From an uncultured Oscillospiraceae bacterium (GTDB taxonomy: Bacteria > Bacillota > Clostridia > Oscillospirales > Ruminococcaceae): 28,040 nucleotides of DNA. The number at the start of each line of letters is the position of its first letter. Positions within the stretch are counted from its first letter, which is position 1. Below are positions 1 through 11,500 of this stretch, one piece after another. Location: assembly GCA_964512935.1 (NCBI GenBank), contig CAZEKU010000003.1, positions 1-28,040 on the forward strand, in the 5' to 3' direction. A program made the translations under genes and the position numbers. A model generated the notes under the pieces. The model did no database searches. It was not told the DNA's origin and saw only the letters and a list, made by a program, of their open reading frames with translations.

Positions 1-1
1 T

Positions 2-1762
2 GACCACGGCAAATCGACCCTTGCCGACAGAATACTTGAAAACACAAAAGCGGTAACTCCCCGTGAAATGGAGGAGCAGCTTTTGGATAACATGGATCTC
101 GAGCGTGAGCGTGGAATTACCATAAAATCCCGTGCCGTAAGGCTTGATTACACAGCAGATGACGGAAAAACCTATGTTTTCAACCTCATCGACACCCCCG
201 GACATGTTGACTTCAACTATGAAGTTTCAAGAAGCCTTGCAGCCTGCGAGGGTGCGGTGCTCATAGTTGACGCATCGCAGGGTGTTGAGGCGCAAACTCT
301 TGCAAACACCTATCTTGCTGTTGACCATAACCTTGAGATAGTTCCCGTTATCAACAAAATAGATCTTCCTGCGGCAGACCCTGAAAGGGTTGCCCATGAA
401 ATCGAGGATATAATCGGAATTCCCGCTCTTGATGCGCCTAAAATATCCGCAAAAACCGGTGAGAATATCCATTCTGTTCTTGAGGCAATTGTTGAAGGAA
501 TACCCTCTCCCGAGGGCAATGACGAAGGCCCTCTTAAGGCACTTATCTTCGACTCAATTTACGACAGCTACCGTGGAGTTATAGTTTATGTCCGTGTTGT
601 AGACGGTGTTCTCCATTCCGGTGACCGCATTAAAATGATGTCCACCGGCGCAGAATTTGATGTAGTCGAAGTAGGCTATATGGGTGCTACAAGACTTGTT
701 CCCTGTGAAAAGCTCACCGCAGGCGAGGTAGGATATATAACCGCCTCCATTAAAACCGTTGCGGATACCGCTGTTGGTGATACCGTAACCCTTGCGGAAA
801 ATCCCGCAAGCGAGGCTCTTCCCGGATATAAAAAGGTAAACCCCATGGTTTACGCAGGTATTTATCCCCTTGACGGTGCAAAATACGGTGACCTTCGAGA
901 TGCACTTGAAAAGCTCACCCTTAATGATGCCTCCCTTAGCTTCGAACCCGAAACATCAGCCGCTCTCGGATTCGGTTTCCGCTGCGGATTCCTCGGACTT
1001 CTTCATATGGAAGTAATCCTTGAAAGACTTGAGCGTGAATACAATCTTGATCTTATAACCACCGCACCGAGCGTTGTATATAAGCTCCACCTTAATGACG
1101 GACGCACCCTTGAACTTGATAACCCCACAAACTATCCCGACCCTGCAACAATAGATTCCACCGAGGAGCCCTATGTTCGTGCCTCAATTTTCACTCCCAC
1201 TCAGTATATCGGAAGTATTATGGAGCTTTGTCAGGAGCGTCGTGGTATTTATAAAGACACGAAATATCTTGAGGCCGATCGCTGTGAGGTACATTATGAA
1301 CTGCCTCTCGGCGAAATAATCTACGACTTTTTCGATGCACTTAAAAGCCGTACAAGGGGCTACGCCTCCTTTGACTATGAGCCCTGCGGCTATAAGGCAA
1401 GCAAGCTTGTTAAGCTTGATATTCTCCTCAACGGAGAAATGGTTGACGCACTTTCGATGATGGTCTTTGCGGACAACGCCTATCCCCGTGCAAGAAAAAT
1501 GGTTGAAAGACTTCGTGACAATATAAACAGACAGCTTTTCGAAGTTCCCGTTCAGGCTGCAATAGGCGGAAAGATTATTGCCCGTGAAACAATTAAAGCA
1601 CTTCGCAAGGATGTTCTTGCAAAATGCTACGGCGGCGATATCACCCGTAAGAAAAAACTTCTTGAAAAGCAAAAAGAAGGTAAAAAGAAAATGCGCCGCA
1701 TAGGTTCCGTCGAGCTTCCTAAAGAGGCATTTATGGCGGTGCTCAAGCTTGACGATGACTAA
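2..1762 (+). CDS. lepA: Translation elongation factor 4 (LepA), 5'-truncated by the window edge
   Basis: The frame is open from position 2 ([11 protein letters not shown], the end of the G1 motif). It contains [21 protein letters not shown] and the C-terminal [30 protein letters not shown] signature. Confidence 0.98.
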   Translation, partial: DHGKSTLADRILENTKAVTPREMEEQLLDNMDLERERGITIKSRAVRLDYTADDGKTYVFNLIDTPGHVDFNYEVSRSLAACEGAVLIVDASQGVEAQTLANTYLAVDHNLEIVPVINKIDLPAADPERVAHEIEDIIGIPALDAPKISAKTGENIHSVLEAIVEGIPSPEGNDEGPLKALIFDSIYDSYRGVIVYVRVVDGVLHSGDRIKMMSTGAEFDVVEVGYMGATRLVPCEKLTAGEVGYITASIKTVADTAVGDTVTLAENPASEALPGYKKVNPMVYAGIYPLDGAKYGDLRDALEKLTLNDASLSFEPETSAALGFGFRCGFLGLLHMEVILERLEREYNLDLITTAPSVVYKLHLNDGRTLELDNPTNYPDPATIDSTEEPYVRASIFTPTQYIGSIMELCQERRGIYKDTKYLEADRCEVHYELPLGEIIYDFFDALKSRTRGYASFDYEPCGYKASKLVKLDILLNGEMVDALSMMVFADNAYPRARKMVERLRDNINRQLFEVPVQAAIGGKIIARETIKALRKDVLAKCYGGDITRKKKLLEKQKEGKKKMRRIGSVELPKEAFMAVLKLDDD

Positions 1763-1856
1763 TATATTAAAATAAAATTAAAAATAAAAAAGGATTTTCG
1801 CAAAATTCGGCGTATATAGTTTGTATAAGACTTTTTTTACCGAGGAGGTTTTGTAA

Positions 1857-2855
1857 ATGGATATCCGTGAAATGACCGAGCAGCTTGAGCGAGAAACTCT
1901 TTCACCTATTGCAACCCTTTCTTCGGAAAGCAAGGGCAGAGCTTTTCCTCTTATTTCAGATGGAATAAGAACGGATTTTCAGCGTGACCGTGACAGGATA
2001 ATCCACTGCAAAGCTTTCAGACGCCTTATGCATAAAACTCAGGTATTTTTAAGCCCCGAGGGAGACCATTACCGCACAAGGCTTACACATACTCTTGAGG
2101 TTGCGCAAATTGCAAGAACAATGGCTGTTGCATTAAGGCTGAACGAAAATTTAACCGAGGCAATCGCTCTCGGACATGACCTCGGACATACCCCTTTCGG
2201 TCACGCAGGTGAGCGTGCATTAAACGAGGTTGCTCCTAACGGATTTCGTCATTACGAACAGAGCCTGCGTGTTGTTGATGTATTAGAGCGTGACGGCTCC
2301 GGACTTGATCTCACCTATGAGGTAAGGGACGGAATTGTTTGTCACACAAAGGGCAAGGAGGCAGATACTCCCGAGGGAAGAATTGTAAAACTTGCGGACC
2401 ATTTTGCCTATGCTCATCACGATTACGAGGACGCAGTCCGTGCAGGAGTTTTAAATGAGGCAGCAGTCCCCGCAGAGGTTAAAGAAATTCTCGGTGAGGG
2501 CGCAACTCCGAGACTTGCGAAAATGATAACATCGGTTATCGAAAATTCCGACACCGATATAAAAATGGCGCCGGAGGTTGCTGCCGCAAGCAAACTTCTT
2601 GAAGATTTTATGTTCTCGGCGGTATATACAAATCCCGTTGCAAAATCTCAGGAATCAAAGGCGGAGGCGCTTGTTAAGGCACTTTACGAGTTCTTTCTCG
2701 AAAATGCAAATGCACTTCCCGCGGAATATCAGTCCATTGCAATGCGTGACGGACTTGACCGCGCGGTTTGCGATTATATAAGCGGAATGAGCGACCGCTA
2801 TGCAATTAAACTTTATAACGATTTCTTTGTTCCTAAAGGCTGGAGCAAGGAATAA
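1857..2855 (+). CDS. dgt: Deoxyguanosinetriphosphate triphosphohydrolase (HD-domain dGTPase family)
   Basis: [47 protein letters not shown] and [11 protein letters not shown] motifs; RBS GAGGAGG; lies directly upstream of dnaG. Confidence 0.93.
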   Translation: [332 protein letters not shown]

Positions 2856-2885
2856 TAAAAATCCCTTCGGAAAGGAGGCAGAGCC

Positions 2886-4640
2886 TTGATACCTCAAAGC
2901 TTTATCGAGGAGCTTAAACTCAACAGCGATATCGAATCCGTTATTTCAAGCTATGTTCAGCTTAAAAAACGCGGCAGGATTTCAACCGGACTTTGCCCTT
3001 TCCATTCCGAAAAAACCGGTTCGTTTACGGTTTATCCCGACAGTCAGTCCTTCTATTGTTTCGGATGCGGTGCCGGCGGTGATGTAATAGGCTTTATCCG
3101 CAGAATTGAAAATCTCGAATATGTGGAGGCAATTAAATTTTTGGCACAGCGTGCCGGAATGAATGTCCCGGAGGACGCCGCAGAGGATAAAACCGCTCTT
3201 TTAAAAACAAAGATACTTGAAATGAACCGCGAGGCCGCAAGATTTTATTTTTCGGAGCTAACCTCTCAAAACGGAAAAGCCGCTCTCGATTATCTTTTGG
3301 GAAGAGGACTTTTGCCGAAAACAATAAAGCATTTCGGACTCGGATATGCTCCTAATGATTGGACAAGGCTAACCGATCTTTTACATTCAAAGGGTTATAA
3401 ATATGAGGAAATGGAAGCTGCACAGCTTTCCCGAAAAAGCAATAAAAGCGGCCGCTATTACGATGTTTTCCGTGACAGAGTTATGTTCCCGATTATAGAT
3501 CTTCGCGGAAATGTAATAGGCTTCGGCGGAAGAAAAATGAGCGGCGACGGCCCTAAATATTATAACTCACCGGATACCCCGGTTTTTAAAAAGACGAAAA
3601 ACCTTTTTGCACTTAATTTCGCAAAAAATCAAAAGCTTGAAAGACTTATTCTTTGCGAGGGATATATGGATGTAATTTCTCTGCATCAGGCAGGTTTTAC
3701 AGAGGCAGTTGCCTCCCTCGGCACATCCCTTACCTCCGATCAATGCAGACTTGCCTCCTCATATGTTGACGAGGCTGTGCTCGCTTACGATTCGGATGAG
3801 GCTGGTCAAAAGGCCACAAAGCGAGCGATATCGCTCCTTGATGAGGTGGGTCTAAGATCAAAAGTGCTTTCAATTCCCGATGCAAAGGACCCGGACGAAT
3901 ATATCAAAAAGTTCGGAGGCGCAAGGTTCAAACGCCTTATCGAACAAAGCGCAGGCTCCGTTGAGTATGAGCTTTCGAAAATAAATTCAAAATACGATAT
4001 TGAAACTCCCGAAGGAAAAATTTCCGCATTAAAAGACGCGGTAGGACTCCTTGCGGATATGAAAAATCCGCTTGAGCGTGAGGTTTGGGCAGCAAAGCTT
4101 GCCTCGGACTACGGTACCGCAAAGGATGGAATTCTTTCACAGGTACAGGCGAAAATCAAACGCAGGGCAAGGTCCGAGGGAAATCGTTCAATTTCGGTGG
4201 ATAACGCCCGAAATTCAACTTTCGGCGGCGCAGTTCCAGAAAAACTGAAAAATCCAGCCTCGGCTGCTGCCGAAGAAAGGCTTTTAGGCGCAATTATGCG
4301 AAACCCCGAAGTCCTTCGAAAAATCGGTGAATCACTTTCGCCGGAGGATTTTGTCTGCGAGCTTTATAAAAATTTCTATAAAAAGCTTTTGAGCACCCTT
4401 GATACCCATGAGGAAATATCCCTTTCCCTTTTCGGAGAGGATTTTACACTTGAGCAGCAGGGAATTATCACAAAGCTTTCGTTCTTTGCAAGAGAACATA
4501 AATATTCCGCAGAGGATGCCTTTGAGGCAAGCAGAGCTATTGTCCGTATTAAAGATAAAAAAACGGATAAGGAAATAGGCGAACTTTCCGGAGCGGAGCT
4601 TGCAGCTTATATTGATAAGCTGCGAAAATCCAAAAAATAG
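2886..4640 (+). CDS. dnaG: DNA primase
   Basis: CHC2 zinc finger (CPFH...CFGC), RVMFPI, KYYNSPDT, TOPRIM EGYMDV and YDSD; TTG start after AAGGAGG. Confidence 0.97.
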   Translation: MIPQSFIEELKLNSDIESVISSYVQLKKRGRISTGLCPFHSEKTGSFTVYPDSQSFYCFGCGAGGDVIGFIRRIENLEYVEAIKFLAQRAGMNVPEDAAEDKTALLKTKILEMNREAARFYFSELTSQNGKAALDYLLGRGLLPKTIKHFGLGYAPNDWTRLTDLLHSKGYKYEEMEAAQLSRKSNKSGRYYDVFRDRVMFPIIDLRGNVIGFGGRKMSGDGPKYYNSPDTPVFKKTKNLFALNFAKNQKLERLILCEGYMDVISLHQAGFTEAVASLGTSLTSDQCRLASSYVDEAVLAYDSDEAGQKATKRAISLLDEVGLRSKVLSIPDAKDPDEYIKKFGGARFKRLIEQSAGSVEYELSKINSKYDIETPEGKISALKDAVGLLADMKNPLEREVWAAKLASDYGTAKDGILSQVQAKIKRRARSEGNRSISVDNARNSTFGGAVPEKLKNPASAAAEERLLGAIMRNPEVLRKIGESLSPEDFVCELYKNFYKKLLSTLDTHEEISLSLFGEDFTLEQQGIITKLSFFAREHKYSAEDAFEASRAIVRIKDKKTDKEIGELSGAELAAYIDKLRKSKK

Positions 4641-4683
4641 TTACCACATCAAAAATTAAAGATAAATTTCAGGGGGAATTAAC

Positions 4684-5769
4684 ATGGCAGAAAAGAAAAC
4701 TACTCTTTCCGAGCTTATTGAAAACGGAAAATCCAAAGGTAAACTTACCACAAAGGAGATAAGTGATTTTATCGAAGAAATGGACTTCGAAGTTGAACAG
4801 GTGGACAAGCTTTATGATATTCTCGAAAGCAACAACATCGAGATTATCGAGGATTTTTCCGCTACCACTGACCTTGATTTTGACCTTTCCGATATCGAGG
4901 GCGACAATATCGACGACGACGGCTCCATAATCGAGGGTATCAGCATTGATGACCCGGTTAAAGTCTATCTTAAAGAAATCGGACGCGTTCCGCTTCTTTC
5001 TCCCGATGAGGAAATCGAGCTTGCGGAAAGAATGAGCGCAGGCGACCCCTATGCAAGAAAACGCCTTTCCGAAGCAAACCTCCGTCTTGTTGTTTCAATT
5101 GCAAAACGCTATGTCGGCAGAGGAATGCAGTTCCTCGACCTTATTCAGGAGGGCAACCTCGGTCTTATAAAAGCAGTTGAAAAATTCGACCATACCAAAG
5201 GCTTTAAATTCTCAACCTACGCAACATGGTGGATTCGTCAGGCTATTACAAGAGCTATCGCAGACCAGGCAAGAACAATCCGTATCCCCGTACATATGGT
5301 TGAAACCATAAACAAGGTTAAAAAAGTAAGCTCTCAGCTTCTTCACCAAAACGGACATGAGCCTACCGCAGAGGAAATTGCAGCGGAGCTTGATATGCCC
5401 ACCGAAAAAGTCCGTGAAATTATGCGTGTGGCACAGGAGCCTGTTTCACTTGAAACTCCTATCGGTGAGGAGGAGGACAGCCATCTTGGTGACTTTATTC
5501 CCGATGACGATGCTCCCGCTCCCGCAGACGCAGCTTCCCATACTCTCCTTAAAGAACAGCTTTCCGATGTTCTTAAAACCCTTACTCCCAGAGAAGAAAA
5601 GGTTCTCCGCCTCCGTTTTGGACTTGATGACGGTCGCCCCAGAACTCTTGAGGAAGTAGGTAAGGAATTTAATGTTACCCGTGAGCGTATCCGTCAGATT
5701 GAGGCAAAGGCTCTCCGCAAACTCCGTCACCCCAGTCGCAGCAAAAAGCTCAAAGATTTCATCGACTGA
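4684..5769 (+). CDS. rpoD: Primary RNA polymerase sigma factor SigA/RpoD
   Basis: [85 protein letters not shown]. Confidence 0.99.
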   Translation: MAEKKTTLSELIENGKSKGKLTTKEISDFIEEMDFEVEQVDKLYDILESNNIEIIEDFSATTDLDFDLSDIEGDNIDDDGSIIEGISIDDPVKVYLKEIGRVPLLSPDEEIELAERMSAGDPYARKRLSEANLRLVVSIAKRYVGRGMQFLDLIQEGNLGLIKAVEKFDHTKGFKFSTYATWWIRQAITRAIADQARTIRIPVHMVETINKVKKVSSQLLHQNGHEPTAEEIAAELDMPTEKVREIMRVAQEPVSLETPIGEEEDSHLGDFIPDDDAPAPADAASHTLLKEQLSDVLKTLTPREEKVLRLRFGLDDGRPRTLEEVGKEFNVTRERIRQIEAKALRKLRHPSRSKKLKDFID

Positions 5770-5773
5770 TATC

Positions 5774-6106
5774 CTATGACATAAAATCCTCCAAAAGAGA
5801 ATCAAGCTCCTTTTCGGAAGAAACCGAAATTCCTTCAAAAAGACGGTTTTGATCCTCTTTTGGAAGATTGCGTACAAAAAAATCATAAACTATGTTCGGA
5901 TAGGGACTTTCGCCCTTAAAAAGGGCGAGTTTTCCCTCAAAAACACCGAGCACTGCCCTTTCGGGTTCCTTTTCTTCAAAAGAAACGGAATTTTCCAAAA
6001 GAACCTTTTCCTTTGAATTTGATTTTTTATCGAGCAAAAATATACCCGTTACCAAAACACCCGTGAGCAAAAGTGCAACAGCTGTTGCCGCAAAGGTATG
6101 TTCCAT
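5774..6106 (-). CDS. Small membrane-anchored protein with a BofC C-terminal-like domain
   Basis: ATG at 6106 follows GAAAGGGG. An N-terminal hydrophobic helix precedes LGVFEGKLALFKG...LPKEDQNRLFEGISVSSEKELDSLLEDFMS, which resembles the BofC C-terminal domain pattern. Confidence 0.72.
   Translation of the reverse strand: MEHTFAATAVALLLTGVLVTGIFLLDKKSNSKEKVLLENSVSFEEKEPERAVLGVFEGKLALFKGESPYPNIVYDFFVRNLPKEDQNRLFEGISVSSEKELDSLLEDFMS
5910..5933 (+). terminator. Possible intrinsic terminator for the rpoD transcript, lying on the antisense strand of the BofC-like gene
   Basis: TCGCCCTT-AAA-AAGGGCGA 8-bp stem followed by GTTTT; the U-tract is short. Confidence 0.35.
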
Positions 6107-6249
6107 TGTTTTTCCCCTTTCAATTTGTTCAATATGTATTTTTAACAGGTTGTTCACCAAATAATCAGTTCATAAAGGTATAATATAATATAAAATCTTG
6201 CATTAGCGATTTTTTAAAAGTTTTATTCCACCTATAAGGAGGACAGATA

Positions 6250-8463
6250 ATGCAGTTTAAAAAGAATAACGAACAGCCGGGCGAGGCTTCCCTTTGGAAA
6301 AAAATATCCAAAAGCATTCTGCTTTTTCTCGGACGTGCAGCTGTAACGATTCTTTCCGTTATCATTATAAGCGGCTGTATCATAGGCTGTGTACTTGCAA
6401 CGGTAATTTTAGGCATGGTTGATGATGCGGATGTTATCGACCTTGATCAGCTTGAGCTCAGCTACACCACCATAATTTACACAAAGGATTCCGAAACCGG
6501 AGTTTATGTCGAAGATACAAAGCTTTACGGCGAAAGCGGAAAGCTTATTTGGGCGGATTATGACGAATTCCCCGATTATCTTATCGACACGGTTGTTGCC
6601 GCAGAGGATAAGCGTTTTTGGCAGCATCAGGGTGTTGACTTTGCCCGTACAATTCAGGCAACTTTGAGCTTCCTCACCGGTGGAGACAGCGGCGGCGGTT
6701 CAACAATCACTCAGCAGCTTATCAAGAATGTCACCGGTGCGGATGAAGTTCGTATCGACCGTAAGGTTAAAGAGATTTTTAACGCTCTTGCTCTTGAAAA
6801 GAAATATTCAAAACAGCAGATTCTTGAGGCATATCTCAATGTTATCGCCCTCGGCTATAATACAAAAGGTGTACAGGCTGCCTCGAATATGTATTTTGAC
6901 AAGGATGTTTCGGAGCTTTCGCTTACAGAATGTGCGGGACTTATTGCAATTACAAATAACCCGAGTATCTATGAGCCCTTCGGTCATCCCGAAAACAATA
7001 AAAAACGCCGTGAATATATCTTCAGCGAAATGCTTGAAGTGGGATATATTGATCAAGGCGAATATAATTCCCTTGTTGAATCCGATATCGTGACCTCTAA
7101 AGGTCAGGTAACGGGTAAAGAAACAAGTAAATACACCTCATGGTTTATCGACTATGTAATAGACGATGTTATCGGAGACCTTATGGATGAATACGGATGG
7201 GATTATTCCACCGCATCATATAATCTTTATAACGGCGGTTATCGTATTTACGCAACCGTTGATAACCGTATTCAAAACATAGTTGAGGAATATTACGAAA
7301 ATCCGGACGGTTTCCCGAAGGTATATAACTCAACTCAGCCCGATTCCGCCTTTGTAATTCTCAACTATGACGGCGAAGTTGTGGCAATTGTCGGTGGCAA
7401 AGGTGAAAAAACCGGTTCAAGACTCTTTAATATCGCCGCAAGCGGTAAAAGACATATCGGTTCTACCATAAAACCCATATCCTCCTATGCCCTTGCAATT
7501 GAAAACGACCTTATAACTTTCTCAACGGTAATCACCGATGAGCCTATTTATAAAGCAGGCGAAACTCTCGGAAGTACAACCTTTGCAACGGATTGGCCCG
7601 TAAACTACTATTCAGGATATATGGGCGATGTAACAGTTGATGTGGCTGTACAGCGTTCAATAAACACAATTCCCGTTAAGCTTGTTACACTTCTTACTCC
7701 GAGAACCGTTTTCGATTTCCTTACACAAAAGCTCCATATTACCACCCTTGTGGAAACAGGCCCCAATAACGATGTAGCCGTTGCACCTATGGCACTCGGT
7801 TCCTTTACCGAAGGTGTAACTCCTCTTGAGCTTGCAGGTGCCTATCAGATGATCGGTAACGGCGGACTTTATATCGAGCCGCATTCCTATACAAAGGTTC
7901 TTGATAGCGAAGGCTCCGTAATTCTTACCGCAAACACTGCTCCGGAGCGTGTTATTTCCGCAGAAACCGCAACAATTCTCAACAAGCTCTGTCAAAGAGT
8001 TGTAACCGGTCCCCGTGGTACAGGTACTGCCGCAGCTATTCCCGGATATACCGTTGCAGGTAAAACCGGTTCAGCTTCAAACAACACCGACCTTTGGTTT
8101 GTGGGAATGACTCCTCAGTATCTTGGAGTTGTATGGCTCGGATATTCCGAGGGTATGAAAGAAATTCATTATAGCTCCTATCCTACTCCTATTATTTGGA
8201 AGAGCATTATGAAAGAGGTAATGAAGGGCGAAGACCCCAATGTTAAATTCCCCGAAAGCAGCAATGTTGTTTCCGCAACCTATTGCACAGCCTCCGGTGA
8301 CCTTGCAACTTCCGCTTGCACCGAAACCGCAACAGGTTGGTACAAAAAGGACAATATGCCCGGAAACTGCACCCGTTGTTATGGTGGCTCCGGCGGAATT
8401 TGGGATATTCCCGGAAATGATGACCCCGGAATTTCCGATATTCTCGAAAATATTTTCGGATAA
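6250..8463 (+). CDS. Class A penicillin-binding protein (transglycosylase/transpeptidase, PBP1A family)
   Basis: N-terminal TM helix; GT51 motifs EDKRFWQHQGVD and GGSTITQQLIKN; transpeptidase motifs STIK (SxxK), SIN (SxN) and KTG; RBS AAGGAGG. Confidence 0.95.
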   Translation: MQFKKNNEQPGEASLWKKISKSILLFLGRAAVTILSVIIISGCIIGCVLATVILGMVDDADVIDLDQLELSYTTIIYTKDSETGVYVEDTKLYGESGKLIWADYDEFPDYLIDTVVAAEDKRFWQHQGVDFARTIQATLSFLTGGDSGGGSTITQQLIKNVTGADEVRIDRKVKEIFNALALEKKYSKQQILEAYLNVIALGYNTKGVQAASNMYFDKDVSELSLTECAGLIAITNNPSIYEPFGHPENNKKRREYIFSEMLEVGYIDQGEYNSLVESDIVTSKGQVTGKETSKYTSWFIDYVIDDVIGDLMDEYGWDYSTASYNLYNGGYRIYATVDNRIQNIVEEYYENPDGFPKVYNSTQPDSAFVILNYDGEVVAIVGGKGEKTGSRLFNIAASGKRHIGSTIKPISSYALAIENDLITFSTVITDEPIYKAGETLGSTTFATDWPVNYYSGYMGDVTVDVAVQRSINTIPVKLVTLLTPRTVFDFLTQKLHITTLVETGPNNDVAVAPMALGSFTEGVTPLELAGAYQMIGNGGLYIEPHSYTKVLDSEGSVILTANTAPERVISAETATILNKLCQRVVTGPRGTGTAAAIPGYTVAGKTGSASNNTDLWFVGMTPQYLGVVWLGYSEGMKEIHYSSYPTPIIWKSIMKEVMKGEDPNVKFPESSNVVSATYCTASGDLATSACTETATGWYKKDNMPGNCTRCYGGSGGIWDIPGNDDPGISDILENIFG

Positions 8464-8470
8464 TATTTTA

Positions 8471-8505
8471 AAAAAGGCATCCCCCTTTTTGGGAGGTGCC
8501 TTTTT
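8471..8505 (+). terminator. Intrinsic terminator after PBP1A (bidirectional form)
   Basis: AAAAA-GGCATCCCCC-TTTTT-GGGAGGTGCC-TTTTT. Confidence 0.8.
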
Positions 8506-8519
8506 GGTACATCAAACTC

Positions 8520-8548
8520 TACACATTTTTTTATTTATATGATAAAAT
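8520..8548 (+). promoter_or_regulatory. Putative extended -10 sigma-A promoter of addBA
   Basis: TG-A-TAAAAT at 8540-8548, with weak -35 TACACA at 17 bp spacing. Confidence 0.45.
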
Positions 8549-8580
8549 AAGCTATATATCCCTTGAAAGGCGGTGGAATT

Positions 8581-11500
8581 TTGCTTCGTTTCATAATAGG
8601 AACTAATGAGGAGGCAAGGCGAAAATTGCTTTATGAGCATATCGCCAATGAAAAATCCTCAATACTTATAGTCCCGGAGCAGTTTTCTTTTGAAAGCGAA
8701 AAACTCATTGATGAATTTTTAGGCAGCGAAAAGGCTCAAAATGTGGAGGTGCTTGGTTTTTCGCGCCTTTGCAACAGCATTTTCAGACGCTTCGGCGGAA
8801 TTGCCGGAAATTATACCGATGACAGCGTAAAGCTGATTTTAATGGGCGCAGCCCTTTCAGCCTGTGAAAATGAGCTTTGCTATTACCGCAAAAATGTACA
8901 CGGTGCGCCTTTTATCGAAAAGCTTGTTTCCACCGATACCGAACTTAAAAATGCAGGAATAACTCCGGCACAGCTCGGTGAATTTTCAAAAGCAGAGGGT
9001 GCTCTCGGTGAAAAAGCCTCCGACCTTTCGCTCATATTCGAGCTTTATAATTCAATGCTCGAAAAAAGCTATGTTGACCCTTTGACCGACATAAAGCGTG
9101 CCTGTGAAATTCTTTCGGAGAACGATTTCTTCAAAGATAAAGCCGTATTTATAGATAACTTCACAGGTTTTACCGGAAGTGAATATAAAATGCTGCGCTG
9201 CATTATTGAACAGTCGCCTACTGTTGAGGTGAGCCTTTGCTGTGATTCAATTTATGATCAAAGCGGCGGCACGGGCCTTTTTTCAAAAACTCAGCGCACC
9301 GCAGGTCGCCTTGAAAAAATCGCAAAGGAAGCTTCCGTTTCGGTTAAATCACCTATTTATGCGGAAAATCCTGATGATAATCGCCCAAGGGCGATTATCG
9401 ACCTTGAGGAAAATTTTCTTCAAACAGCTTCAAATAAAGGCGAAAACCTCGGTGAGGTAAGACTTATTAAAGCCGGTGATCCTTATGATGAGGCATATTT
9501 TGTCGCTGTAATGGCAAGAACTCTCGCGGAGGAGCAGGGCTATCGTTGGCGTGATATGGCAATTATCGCACGAGATCTTTCGCCCTATGAGCACGCGCTC
9601 CCTGCTGCATTTAAGCGTGCGGGAATCCCTCTTTATATGGATACCTCCGCAAAGCTTTCGTCACATCCTCTTGCGTCATTTATTTCAGCTGCCCTTTCCG
9701 CAGTTCGTGAAAATTTCCCCACCGCAGAGGTTTTAAAACTCCTTAAAACGGGAATTTTCCCCATTTCACCTGAAGATGCAGGCGAATTTGAAAACTACTG
9801 CTTTGTTTGGAATATCCGTGGAAATCTTTTCTGCGAGCCTTTTACGGGAAGTCCCGACGGTTTCCGTGAACTTAAACCCTCCGATAGCGAAAAGCTTGAA
9901 AAGCTGAATTTACTTAGAGAAAAAATAATATCCCCCCTTGAAAAGCTGAAATTAAAACTCAAAAATGCAAGCGGAAAGGAATTTTCGAAGGCATTTTATG
10001 ATTTTCTATGTGAATGTGAGGTCATAAAAGGTCTGCAAAGGCTTTATGATGAGTTCTATAACTCTGGCGAAATTGAAACTGCGGAAAATCTTGATGCTTT
10101 TTGGAATGTTGTAATCTCCTCCCTTGACAAATTTTCCGTTGCACTCGGAGATGTTCGCCTTGAAAAGGATACCCTTTCAAGGCTTTTCGAGCTTGTTATA
10201 AGCACAGCCGAAATAGGCGTTTTGCCCCATACCCTCGATAGCGTTTCCGCAGGCACCGCCGACAGAATGCGTCCCTCGGATATAAAGGCTGTTTTTGTAA
10301 TAGGCCTTTGCGACGGAGTTTTCCCCGCACCTCCGAAAAATGGTTCACTTTTCACCTTGGAGGAGCGAAAGCTCCTTGCAAACGGAGGACTTGATTTAGG
10401 CGAGGGCGAAAATGACGATATTCTTTCCGAAAGAATGTATGCCTACACCTCTTTCACCTGCGCTTCGGAAAAGGTTTTCGCCTCCTATCCGAAATATGAC
10501 CTTGCCTTTGCGGAGCAAAGCCCCTCAATGCTCATAAGCAGACTTCGTGAGGCTGTGGGTGTTCTTTCTGAGGAAAGCACCTCCGATTTTCGTGAGGATT
10601 TTTGGCTTTGCAGCGAAAGCTTTGCTTTTGAACACCTTGCCTCCTTCGGAAAAAACTCCACCGAAAGCTCCGAGGCACTTAAAAAATATTTCTCCGAAAA
10701 GGAAATTTGGACGGAGCGTGCTCAAAAGCTCGGTTCTGCGGTTGCCGCAGAAAACTTCGTGCTCAATGATCCGGAAAATGCGGAAAGGCTCTATGGAAAA
10801 GATTTCCGCTTTTCTCCTACAAAGCTTGATACCTTCGGTCAATGTCCCTTTTCTTATTTTATCAAATCCGGATTATCCCTTAAAGAACGCCAAAAAGCGG
10901 AGCTTTCGCCCCTTTCCGCAGGAACGCTTATCCACTATGTGCTCCAGGTGCTCATACCTAAGTTCGGTGGCAAGGGTCTTGCGGTTTTAAGCGAAAGCGA
11001 ACTTCGCTCCGAGGTGGATTCGGTGCTCAAAGAGTATCTTGATACGGTTATGGGCAGTGCTAAGGGAAAATCCTCTCGTTTTATGTACCTTTACAGGCGC
11101 ACCGCAGGCTTTATTGTAAGACTTCTCCGCAGACTCGGTGATGAATTTTTACATTCCGAATTTGTTCCCTACGCCTTTGAAGAACCTCTCGGCGGCGATA
11201 AAATAAGCTATTATCAGCTTGAAACTCCCGACGGCAAGAAAATTACCGTTGAGGGCACTATCGACAGAGTTGACGTGCTCGAAAGAAACGGTGAACGCTA
11301 TGTTAGGGTTGTGGATTACAAAACAGGCTCCAAGGATTTTGCACTTTGCGATGTCTATTACGGCATAAATATGCAGATGCTTGTGTATCTTTTCTCGATT
11401 GAAAGCGGTGGAAAGGGCGATCTTTCAAATTCAATCCCCTCCGGAGTTCTTTATATGCCCGCAAAAAATTCCGTGCTCAAAATGGAGCGCAGCGACAGTC

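Noticed and set aside
1791-1815. Possible sigma-H promoter (AGGATTT-14-GTAT) upstream of dgt-dnaG-rpoD
   Set aside because: The -10 deviates from GAAT and the region is very AT-rich; too weak to call.
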